A DNA stretch of 49,106 nt from Chromera velia (lineage: Eukaryota): assembly GCA_018398765.1 (NCBI GenBank), contig JAHBMJ010000394.1, forward strand, positions 1 through 49,106, in the 5' to 3' direction. The translations under genes and the position numbers were made by a program. Positions 38,510 through 49,106 of the stretch are shown here, in pieces. Under the pieces are notes generated by a model. That model ran no database searches. It worked only from the letters and a program-made list of their open reading frames with translations, and was not told the origin of the DNA. The stretch's first letter is position 1. Each line of letters begins with the position of its first letter.

Positions 38510-38922
38510 AGAGAGGGTCCCTCCCAAAGGGAATGCTTGCATACGGTACAAGAGGTGCCAGTGCTTGGTTTCGCAAACTGTTGGGGGTTGGAGTGTCAAT
38601 TTATAGGTTGCTGCAGGTTTGGTTATGTGCTGGGTTCAATCGATTAGATGAGATCATTACAATTCAAGATCTTTTTCCTGCCTGCCAGTCTCCTGCTTAA
38701 TTGGAATGCTTTGGAAGACGTTTTTGAACGCGCTTGGTCCTTAAGCTAAACTTAGGGCGACGTGCAAAAAAACATAACATTTCAATCCGTTGTTGCTAGT
38801 AATCCCATAGTGACATGCAGAGTGAGAGAACTGAAACAATTCTCTTATTAAATATATGACTTAGGCTCCGCACTGTAAAAAGACAGAAAAAAAATATCGG
38901 AGCCAATTTTTTAATTGTTATA

Positions 38923-39739
38923 CCCTACAAAACCAGGTTAAATTCCCCGGGAATTTAGTGGAATTTAATGGAATTTACCCTTGGAATTTAGTGGAATTTG
39001 ATGGATTTTAGTGGAATTTACCGTGGAATCTACTTGTCTAAATTCCACTAAATTCTACAAACTTTGGACGCTTATTTCTCCATCAGTGGGCTAACTCGTT
39101 TTTCATTATTCTTATGTAATCAAAAACCATTATTTTCTGATAGTGACTATTGATTTCCGATAATCATTATTGACTTCAACATTAAAAATATGCAAAATAA
39201 ACTTTTCATCCCAATGATCCCATAATCAAAGTTGTTTTTTAACTTATTTAAAACCTTAGTCTATCATTTGTTTGAAAAAAAAATGATAATTATAAGAGCA
39301 ATCTCTGTATAAAAATTAATTATGAAATGAATAATGATTATTGTCTTTAATGAAAAAATGACTAAGGATGATCAAAAGTTGATAATCATTATTGAAATTT
39401 ATAATCATTACTCGCTTTAACAATGAGTTAACCCACTGATGTCATGATCCAAAAAAAGTTAGAAGCCTAAGCTGAAATTAACAATGTTTATAGAGCTATG
39501 AAAGACGTATAAGCATTGCTAATTTGAGCTTCCAACTCTTTCTAGATCACAAGAAATAAGCCTCTAAAGTTTATGATTCAAATTATGAAATTTAGTGGAA
39601 TTTAGACGAGTACTAAGATTCCATGGTAAATTCTACTAAAATCCATCATGCAAATTCCACTAAATTCTAAAGGCAAATTCCATCAAATTCTACTAAATTC
39701 CCACCGGGCCCCCGGCGAATTTAATCTGGTTTTATAGGG
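38923..39739. mobile_element. Palindromic (foldback) MITE with TA TSD and GGAATTT subterminal repeats, Tc1/mariner-like signature
   Basis: TA|CCCTACAAAACCAGGTTAAATT... and ...AATTTAATCTGGTTTTATAGGG|TA; arms align for about 200 bp once the 39081-39441 insert is removed, leaving a short central spacer near 39495-39505. Confidence 0.85.
39081..39441. mobile_element. Small TIR element with 2-bp TSD (TC), nested in the left arm of the foldback MITE
   Basis: TIR CATCAGTGGGCTAACTC (39081-97) / GAGTTAACCCACTGATG (39425-41), 16/17 match; TC on both flanks; removing it restores CTTATTTCTCATGATC, matching the opposite arm (CTTATTTCTTGTGATC). Confidence 0.8.
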
Positions 39740-39866
39740 TAGGTTTTTTAAAAGTAGATCCTCACAAATAACTGTTAATTGTTCAAGTGTTGTCAAAGTG
39801 TTGCAAAGATGTTGTCCACATGTTGCAAAGAGTATTAAAGAGTGTTACATAATTTGTTATATATAA

Positions 39867-40874
39867 GGGGCCATGCACTAAAAATTATTGAAAACCTAGT
39901 TTTCAAAGGGGGGGGGGGGAAGGGTTGTTTCTAATTTGTCGATCGCCTAGGTCAGACCCCCTTAGGACCCCCTCTCCCCCTCAAATGATTGAAAGCATTG
40001 ACACACCGATCAGCAAGTTCAACATCCTATTAAAATGCATTGACGTTGCGATATTCATTAAGTGGCCTCAGACTTTTAGAATGGCTTGCATCAAGGAGAA
40101 AAGGGGTGCTTCAGAGTCTTTCCATCCATCAATCCATCTCTAACTCACTCCATCAATTCATCCCTCACCTAGTCCCTCACTCACTCCATTAATCTACCCT
40201 TCACTTACTCCATCTATCCATCCCTCACTCTATCTATCCATCCATCTATCCCTCACTCACCCCATCAATTCATCCCTCATCTAGTCTCTCACTCACTCCA
40301 TCAGTCCATCAATATTCTCCACAGCTTCACCACGTTCTAGACCATATTTTCTTCAGATGGCCGCTAGAGAGCTTCTAGAAGCCCCTCACACATCGCGGTA
40401 ACGGGATTTTAAAACCAGATCTCCAATTTCAACACATCAGATACTAAGTTTATCACTCTGAGACGGTTACCTTTTCTTGTTAAACACTTCAACACTGTTT
40501 GAGGCCGCTTTTTGCCTTACTCTCCAGCTTACTGACTCAATTGTCGATACTTCTATAAGATTCCATGTGAACAAGCGACCCTGTCCAAAAGAATATGGAC
40601 GAAAAAAAGGCTTCACTATACACTTATCTGAGGTGACATATCGGTTTGATATATATACTCGCGTTATATGTGATGCTATATATGCGCATGCATGCACCTC
40701 TGATTTTTTTTTGTGCAGCCTTATCAAGAGAAGTTAAAAAAAGGCCTTACCGGACCCAGGGCGCGCCACGGCGTGAATTTAAGGGGGGATTTCCAATTTA
40801 AATAAGAAAAAAGAGGGAGGGGTCCCAGACCCCTTTGGAAACTAGGTTTCCAATAATCTTTAGTATGCAGCCCC
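39867..40874. mobile_element. Non-autonomous TIR element with TAA TSD and GGGG termini, PIF/Harbinger-like signature
   Basis: TAA|GGGGCCATGCACTAAAAATTATTGAAAACCTAGTTTTCAAAGGGG vs reverse complement of right end GGGGCTGCATACTAAAGATTATTGGAAACCTAGTTTCCAAAGGGG, with TAA at 40875-77; internal CCAT/CTCA-rich low-complexity tract at 40120-40310. Confidence 0.82.
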
Positions 40875-41650
40875 TAAAGAATAACACTTCTTCAGGTGTT
40901 ACTAAAGTGTTGTTCAAATGTTGCAAAGAGTGTTGCACTGTGTTACTTAAAAAAAAACAGATGTTGTGCCGATATATATAAAAAAATAATAAAAAATATC
41001 AGCGCCATTTAATTTTTTTTTTTTTTATAGAATGCAGAGCCTGGTACATGACCTGTGAATTACACTAGAAATGAATGAATAAATAAATGAATGGATAAAT
41101 GACTATATTACTCGTATTTTTCTATCATTATTTCCTTAAAATCTCTTTATATATTGATTGGTGTAAATTGGACTGTAATAATAATTTGTTCATTAAAGCA
41201 TAATCTGATTTTAAGTTTTAACGTTGTACAGTAAAACAATTTTAGGTTTGACCATGGGGTTGGTTTAGATCTTATAACGATCTAAAGTTTTTTTTTATAA
41301 CTCTAGTAGTGACTATATATAGACACTTAATCATATCAGCTCACGGCGATTGTGTATCATGATATGATGATCGGTTATAGAGCATTACTCTAGTCTCTAG
41401 ACTGATGTATTTCATGATAGCCTACAACACCATGATGCAACCAATAATAGAAGTATATAGATGTCATATAAATTGACTCATCATGCATGACCCTGATGAT
41501 AAATCCAATATTCTACTATAATTCTCGATCTAACTGAAGATCTAAAATTAATCGGTATAGATTAATCGTTTGTGGCGCGCCGCTGTATTGCATGCAAAAT
41601 GATGCAACAGAATACGTTTGACAATGAAATCATTACCAAACTTAGTAGGC

Positions 41651-44600
41651 TTAACGGTCTACCCACTTCAATTTCCCCTCTTGTCTTGCTTGCCACAGGG
41701 GATTATCACGTTGGCAAGCTGTAGTGACGCGAAGCGTCTTGAAATATCTCAAATTAGGCACTGACTCACGTTGAAGGGCCTGGAAAAACCTCCTCAATCC
41801 CTCCAACCCAAAATCATTCCTTCTATCATGACCTCCGTAACCCGAATTGTGCAGGCACAAAGATGCCAGACGTGGAAGCACGATTCCTCCTAATGCCTCT
41901 CCCAGCAAACCAACCCCTCTGTCGGTCAGTCTGCACGAAGAAAGGTCAAGAGATCTCAATTTCGGCATTTTCTTCAAGACCAGAGCTGTAGTCAACGACT
42001 CTATCCCCTCCCCTGCCCCAGTGTTGGCAAGGCTCAAATCCTCAAGCAGAGGGAGGCAGCCTTCAGACTCTGACAGAGCGCCAAAGAATCCCTCCATTCC
42101 GTCTCTTCCAAAATCGTTTTCATCTACTTTCAATATTCGAATCAAAGACAGACCCCGTCCCCCCCTCACCACATCTCCAAGTGCACGCATGCCGTCATCA
42201 TTCAATTGGCATGCAGACAGGATCAGCTCGGACACTCGCGGCATCTTGCACAGTCCGAGGGCCGCCGCCAAAGACCCCATGCCCCGTCCCGCCCTTGAGC
42301 CAGAAAAGTCACCCTTGAGCCAGAAAAGTCAATCGACTCCAACAGAGGGAGTCCTTTCTCTGACTCAATCACACCCAAAAAAAACCCACCCATTCCTCCT
42401 GTATCAAATTCATCCGCCTCCACCTTCAGCTGCCGAAGCTCGAGACAGCTGCCCCCCTTTACAACATCATCCATCAGTTGCATGCTTTCATTCAAACCCT
42501 CATAGTCCCCACTCCAAGCCTGCTTTATGACTGAAAGGTTTCGCACACCTGGCAGTTTTCCCTTTGTCATCGCGGACCCCACAAACTCCAACCCTCCCTG
42601 AAACCCTGCCTTAACCCGATTGAAGGACAAAGACTCCAAACAAGGGAAACCTCTGGTGGACTCACAGACAGCAACGAAGAATGTTTCCATACTCCCTGTT
42701 CTGGTTTCGGCACCCCCCATTTTGAGCTCTCGAAGTGTTTCAAGATTTCCCACACGAACTCCTTCAGCAATCGCCGCTGTCCAAGTCTCACTTTCTTGGG
42801 AGCTTTCGATTGCCAACTTCCTGAGAAAAGGAAGTTTCACACTGCTGAAGGCCTCACAGAGACCACTCTTGTCGCCTTCCACAGAGCCTAGGCTCAAACA
42901 GGGAAGGCGCTCGAAGCGGCCTGAAAGAAGAGCAGAAGACAAAATAAGCAGAAACTCTGCTACATCTGGCAGAGACCCGGGGGTCCGTTGGCCGACTGAC
43001 AGACCAACAATACGGCATGGAGGTGCACACACAGCATACGCAAGCGAAGACAGAAATGAGACTCCTCGGGGACCAATGAGCTCGAGATGGAGCTCTGTGA
43101 CGGGGGCAACTTTCCCCGTTTTCAATTCATGTGAGGCTCCCGTTCTGGCTTCGTTCAATCTCAAGCAAGTGTTCTCTAAAGGAAGCTCAGAGCCTGCATG
43201 CATCAACGCCCCTCGCTCCTACTTTGTGGGGGGGATTGACCCCAGCAGGCTGAGGATTGAAGGATCAGACTTTTCAGATTCGGGAGAAGGGAAGCTTGCA
43301 AAACACTCGCTAGCGACTTTTCGTCTGCCTCTGTCCTGATTGGAAGCCGTTCCCCAAAGTCAATGCTCTGCACTGAGCACAGCTGACCGGAACCGACAGC
43401 CTGAATCAGTCCTTTCAGTGCCTCTACGGAAAGACGCCCCCCTTCAAAGGACAAATGTTTGAGGAAAGGGAGGTTGTCCTTCCTCAAAATTGATGACACT
43501 GCATTCTCTGCCCCCACATTATTCCCCCCCAACGACAGAGACTGAATCTTCAATTTCGGTTTCACAGCTCTGAACGAGTCGCCAAGGACCTACAGTAGCG
43601 TGCCGTTCAACTGAGCGTTCGAGAGGTCTAGAGTCAGAAGCTCAGCTACTCTCCCGGCCTTCACAGCAGTCCCGAGAGCTTTGATCCCAGGAAAGCTCAA
43701 AGGGTTGCCTGCAAATAGAGTGGCGGAAAAGGGTTCCAGCAAGCAAGGGAAATGTATGAGTGCAAACGTTGGCAAAAAAAAAGCAAAAACAGAAGAGAAG
43801 AGGGTGAGCGTAAATCCACACCTACCATTCCACTTACCTCTATACGTCCATCTTCTCAGAAGGACGACAGACACGCAGAGGGAGCACCAAGTCTCATTGG
43901 ACAAAGATCGTCACAAGTAAATTACAACGAGGTAAACGGATCGAAAGAGAATGCTTCTCCGGAAGAAACCGAAAAACTGAGTATACTCCCGAAGAATTGA
44001 GGTCGGTCGATACAGACCCAAAATGCAAAACTGGACTTTCCCAACCCTAGTCTTCTCGAGTCTTTTCTGACCTTTCAAGATCAAGGCTTCAAGGGAGGGG
44101 GGCAAATTGCCAAACACCACGGGCGCTTCCTGAGGCCCAACACTACCCTCTGCAAAAGATGCTCACGAAAAAAAGGCATAAGCACACGTAGACAGAGACA
44201 AGGAATTGAATGAGAAAAGACATAGAGAGAGAAATCCTATGCAGGAATAGCATCAAAGTGGTCTGTCATACGAAGCAGATTCACATAACTTGCAAGCAAA
44301 CTTTGACCTCAAAAACACCTCCACGCGCTTCTTTGTTTTTGAGGCACACACACGCCAGCTTCATGTCATTACGTGCACCTCCAAATCCATTCAATGAGTC
44401 CCCACCAAAACAAAACACGACTCCCATGCACAACACCCTGCTTCAACCCACCAGCAAAAATCAACCTCTTTATCCGCATCCCACTCTGCCCCCCCTCTCC
44501 AGAGGCCCTAGCGAGACCCTCCAAAAACCGCGGCAGGAGAGGAAGAGCAGGGACCTTGACCGTCGAGGGACCTGCATGCACACATGCACACATGAAGAGG

Positions 44601-45267
44601 AACAAGGAGAGCAAGAGCCAGAAAGATGAACAGAGGGTTGAGGGAGAGGGGGAAAGAGAAACCGTCGACCTTCTCTCTCTCTCCTCATTTTCTTTCCTTC
44701 TCACACCTTCTCTCTTGTTCTTATAATAATCATGAGACAAAATCTTCTGCTGTACACGCACGCGCGCAGAGTGTGCAGAGGAGGACACGTACGGAGACTC
44801 AAACAAGACCTAGACTCTCGTTTCCCATCCACCTCTTCTTCTCCTCGTGACTTCCAGCCCCCTGCTGGTGTGATGCAGCCATCGTTCCTGCCTGCCGCTG
44901 TCAATCAGTGAGATGGAAAGATGCACAACTGCCTGCCGATGCACATGTTCCCACGGACCGAATTTCAGCTCTTCCGTTGAAGCTGGGAGAAAGTGAAGGA
45001 GAAAAAAGGCCTTCTTTGGCGAGAGGTCCAAAGAATCTGCATGCACATCCCATTACATCACACACACGTCCAGAGCTGCAAATTCCGTTTTCTCTTTGTT
45101 ACGAGAAAGCGACAAAAGATGGGCTCATCGCTGGAGGATTTATGACGGAGGGGCTGGAGAAAAGAAAGAAGGCAGGCAGATTCAACGTGAGGGACACACA
45201 CACACGCACACGCACACGCACACACGCACACACGCGCACACACACACGCACACACACACACACACAC

Positions 45268-45317
<50 letters not shown>

Positions 45318-45947
45318 ACACACACAAACAAAGAAAGAAAGAAAGAAACAAACAAACACAAACAAACAAACAAACAAACAAGCAAACAAACAAACAAACA
45401 GAAAGGGGGGAGACGGGGGGGTTTGGATGTGATATAGAAAAACACAGAGAGACGGCTAGTTGACCGACCCGGAAGATGGAGACTCCGAAAGCGCACGCCT
45501 TTTAGTGTTTTCTGCAGACGTGAACAGAAAAAGGGCGGAAAGCAAAAGAAAAGATTTGTGGAAAAGAAACAAGGCACAACCAACAGACTGTGGCAAGACG
45601 GAGACAAAATGCGGCAGTAAGAAGGATCAACCAATCGGACAAAACCAGGGAGGGGAAATTGAGGGGGTCACCAAAAATGCTGAACAGAAAACAGAAAAAA
45701 AATAAGTGCAGGGAGGAGGGGAAAAGCGGAGCAAGGAACACTACCAAAGTCCTCAGGCATAAAAGCGGGAGCCGGTGATAAGCGGTTCTTTCCCCCAACA
45801 TTCATAGGCACACTGGCATGCCGTCTCCCTCCGGGCACTCAGAACAGATCTGACATAGATCTACTGAAGAAAACACTCACCTTCTTCATGCAGAACAGAC
45901 TCAACCAAGCGATACCAAACGACTCTCTGCTTGATGCAACCACCACC
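41651..45947 (-). pseudogene. Multi-exon leucine-rich-repeat (RNI-like) gene, disrupted
   Basis: Repeats such as LLTLDLSNAQL, IQSLSLGGNNVG, LEDLSLANTGAG, LRSLDLSSCRLTDRGVGLLGEAL; in-frame TAG at 43590-92; frame break near 43205-43260; 20-bp tandem duplication 42292-42331 causing a frameshift; small upstream exons at ~44149, ~44571, ~45036, ~45512, ~45946. 5' end uncertain (possibly up to ~46450). Confidence 0.8.
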
Positions 45948-46599
45948 TGCATACAAATCTCAAATCGGAGAGACATGCAAAAGAAGAAAGTCAGTTAGCC
46001 TCCCTTGTAACCCAATCCGCATCGTTCCATCACTCGTACACTTGGGAGAGACACGAAAGTTCAGATATGGGAAGGAGCCGACTGTGCAAGTCCACTCACG
46101 TCAGAGGATACAAATGGACTGACCTCACACGCCGCGGCTGTGTGCTCCAATAATTTGCAGAAGATCATCTCAATAGACGGCTGTGCGGATTTCTCGACCA
46201 TGCGATCATCCGACGGACCGTCTCCTGCAATACATATGCAGACAAGGACACGTGGCGAAAGGTCCCGCAACTTTGTGGTCTATTTGACCCTGCTCCGCCC
46301 TTTCCTACTGACCTACCTTCAATACGGCCTCTCCGGAGTGCGCATTCATCATCGGAACCAGCAGTGAAACACAGAGATGTATACAGAGGTGTACGAGACA
46401 GAACCGAGGATATCTGCCGGAAAGTCAAGAAGTACTAATATATAGTTGATGCATGGAAGACCCGCTCGCTTGATAGACGGAGGCACATCAGCTAGGGCTG
46501 TCAGGATGCACGGTATCATGCACCATTGTCCAAGCAACTTGCAATGGAATTTATGGAAAGTGAAACTGAAAGTGAATCGCGATGTGGCCGGCTATGGCC

Positions 46600-46698
46600 G
46601 GCTGCCCGCGCCAGCTGGGCCCATGCAGCGCGCGCGCGGCTCGCCCGCCATATATGCATGCAGGGCCGCGCGCGCGCGCGCGCGGGCCAGTTATATAA
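46600..46698. promoter_or_regulatory. GC-rich island with (GC)n runs, TGCATGCA and TATATAA, upstream of the LRR gene
   Basis: GCGCGCGCGC runs, ATATATGCATGCAG and TTATATAA; composition resembles the 7500-7665 intergenic cluster. Confidence 0.4.
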
Positions 46699-47038
46699 GC
46701 CCTGGCCCTTGAATTGTGACCATTCAACCACCCTTTGCATCGACTGATCTGTATGGATGAATCTGTATAGTTTTCTTTTTTATTTTTCAATTCTTTTTTT
46801 TTTGTAAAAAAAAATGGCTAGCTCCAGGTAGGGCCCTATCTGAAAGCGGTGTAAGCGCTCTCATCGCGCGCGTGCACGTCGATGACAGACGTATGACAAT
46901 GGCGCAAAATATAAGAGCAAAGGGTGACATGGTGTTTGTCTATGTGCGAGTCAGTGGGTGTCGGCAGGTGTTTGTCTATAGGTATTAGGTACGTTAGGGT
47001 GGTATACGCCCATTTAGTCATAATTCAAGGGCCAGAGC
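46699..47038. mobile_element. MITE-like unit, copy 1 (24-bp TIR GCCCTGGCCCTTGAATTGTGACCA; right TIR has three transitions)
   Basis: Left TIR at 46699; right TAGTCATAATTCAAGGGCCAGAGC at 47015-47038. Confidence 0.8.
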
Positions 47039-47208
47039 ATCGTGAACTGTGTGACTTTGATTTCTTTTTTCTTTTAAATAAACGTCTTTGCCGTCTCTGC
47101 CGTCTCTGCAGGTTACTTGGAGCGACTGACTCTCTTTCTGGACGGCGTTTCTCGGAAAGTTGGTCTTCTTCGATTTGGACCCTTTTTTGCCCCCCCCCTC
47201 CCCCTTCC

Positions 47209-47258
<50 letters not shown>

Positions 47259-47300
47259 ATGTGTAGATGGATAGATGGATGGATAAGTGGTTAGGTGGGT

Positions 47301-47471
47301 NNNNNNNNNNNNNNNNNNNNNNNNNNNNNNNNNNNNNNNNNNNNNNNNNNNNNNNNNNNNNNNNNNNNNNNNNNNNNNNNNNNNNNNNNNNNNNNNNNNN
47401 NNNNNNNNNNNNNNNNNNNNNNNNNNNNNNNNNNNNNNNNNNNNNNNNNNNNNNNNNNNNNNNNNNNNNNN
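47301..47471. other. Assembly gap (171 N)
   Basis: Run of N inside repeat unit 1. Confidence 1.
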
Positions 47472-47589
47472 NTCGGTTACTTGGTAGGTCGGTTGGGTGG
47501 CCTTTTCCTTCCGTTCGCATGTTCTGTCAGTCAGAAAGAAAAAGAAGTCATTTTGAGAAAAACGCGTTTTTATAGTTTGACTCTACGAA

Positions 47590-47922
47590 GCCCTGGCCCT
47601 TGAATTGTGACCATTCAACCACCCTTTGCATCGACTGATCTGTATGGATGAATCTGTATAGTTTTCTTTTTTATTTTTCAATTCTTTTTTTTTTGTAAAA
47701 AAAAATGGCTAGCTCCAGGTAGGGCCCTATCTGAAAGCGGTGTAAGCGCTCTCATCGTGCGCATATGCGTTGACGACAGACGTGCAACAATGGCACAAAA
47801 TATAAGAGCAAAGGGTGACATGGTGTTTGTCTGTGTGCAAGTCAGTGGATGTTGGCAGGTGTTTGTCTATAGGTACGTCAGGGTGGTATACGCCTATTTG
47901 GTCACAATTCAAGGGCCAGGGC
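47590..47922. mobile_element. MITE-like unit, copy 2 (perfect 24-bp TIR)
   Basis: 47590-47613 is the exact reverse complement of 47899-47922. Confidence 0.85.
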
Positions 47923-48251
47923 ATCGTGAGCTGTGTGACTTTGATTTCTTTTTTCTCTTGAATAAACGTCTTTGCCGTCTCTGCCGTCTCTGCAGGTTAC
48001 TTGGAGCGACTGACTCTCTTTCTGGACGGCGTTTCTCGGAAAGTTGGTCTTCTTCGATTTGGACCCTTTTTTGCCTCCCCCCTCCCCCTTCCCTCTGTGT
48101 GTGTGTGTGTGTGTGTGTGTGTATGACATTGTGTATGTGTGTGGATAGATAGATGGATGGATGAGTGGTTGGGTGGGTGAGTAGGTAGGTCACTGAGTGT
48201 GAGGGTGCACGCAGGCTAGTTCAGAGGTTGGGTGTACAGAGCTAGCAAGGA

Positions 48252-48492
<241 letters not shown>

Positions 48493-49024
48493 AAAGAAGG
48501 TGGAAGAAGGAGAAAGAATGTAGAGAGACGGTGCATACGTTTTAGTGAAACAAAAAGAAGGAGAAAGGATCGAAGTAAGTAGGTAACAAAGAGTGAGACA
48601 GGCCTTTCACGGGAGCAAACAGTATGTGTGGCAGGAGAAGTATGACTGAATAGACGAATGACTATCAGTGAATGAAAGAGCAGAGAGGTACGGTGGGCAG
48701 GACATGGTAGAAAAGAGTGATGAAAGATAAATAAAACAGATAAGTGTACACTGTACGGAGGGGTTTGGCAATCGGTTGGTAAAAAGTGAAGGGGAGGGGC
48801 ACATTCAATCAGACAGTGTACTCAATGGTAGAAAGCTTGTGGTAGAAGAGCGAAAGAGAGAGAGAAAGGAAGAAGGCAGACAGGGAGAGAACACAAGTGG
48901 ATCGGTTACTTAGTAGGTCAGTTGGGTGGCCCTTTCCTTCCGTTCGTATGTTCTGTCAGTCAGAAAGAAAAAAAAGTCATTTCGAGAAAAATACGTTTTT
49001 ATGGTTTGACTCTACGAAGCCCTC

Positions 49025-49106
49025 GCCCTGGCCCTTGAATTGTGACCATTCAACCACCCTTTGCATCGACTGATCTGTATGGATGAATCTGTATAGTTTT
49101 CTTTTT
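49025..49106. mobile_element. MITE-like unit, copy 3, truncated by the window edge
   Basis: Same left TIR and following sequence as copies 1 and 2. Confidence 0.85.

Larger units (their letters stand above)
38861..41044. mobile_element. Degenerate outer TIR element with candidate 8-bp TSD (hAT-like), hosting three nested insertions
   Basis: Left TTAGGCTCCGCACTGTAAAAA vs reverse complement of right end CCAGGCTCTGCATTCTATAAAA; flanks TATATGAC (38853-60) / TACATGAC (41045-52), 7/8 match; internal AAAGTGTTG-type repeats continue on both sides of the 39867-40874 insert. Confidence 0.55.

Noticed and set aside
43193..43222. 29-nt GT-AG micro-intron that would restore the LRR frame
   Set aside because: Much shorter than the other introns here, with no pyrimidine tract; the gene has two other lesions, so an indel is simpler.

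Overview
Eukaryotic nuclear DNA: intron-rich, GC-rich exons, microsatellite-filled introns, frequent TGCATGC motifs and AT-rich transposon graveyards between genes. The style suggests a chromerid/apicomplexan-related alveolate such as Chromera (inference only). Host genes: a multi-exon hypothetical protein with an MGNxxS N-terminus (-, 2838-7267) head-to-head with a very large DENN-domain Rab-GEF-like gene (+, 8153-21598); a TBC1D20/GYP8-like Rab-GAP (-, 28683-32172) head-to-head with an Aurora-like kinase (+, 32861-38509); and a disrupted LRR gene (-, 41651-~46000). Main finding: a 5.8-kb APE-RT-zinc-finger non-LTR retrotransposon (22367-28158) bounded by perfect terminal inverted repeats (41 unique bp plus (ATTG)n/(CAAT)n), an architecture not expected for LINEs. 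Its single frame is broken only by five TAA/TAG codons. Repeat copies compared by eye differ mostly, and in the best-aligned pair only, by transitions, suggesting repeat-targeted cytosine deamination. Also present: a cluster of four nested TIR elements with different TSD signatures (38861-41044), a second element bounded by inverted microsatellites (1-1469), and a tandem array of MITE+spacer units running off the right edge. All calls were made by eye; no searches were run and exon boundaries are approximate.
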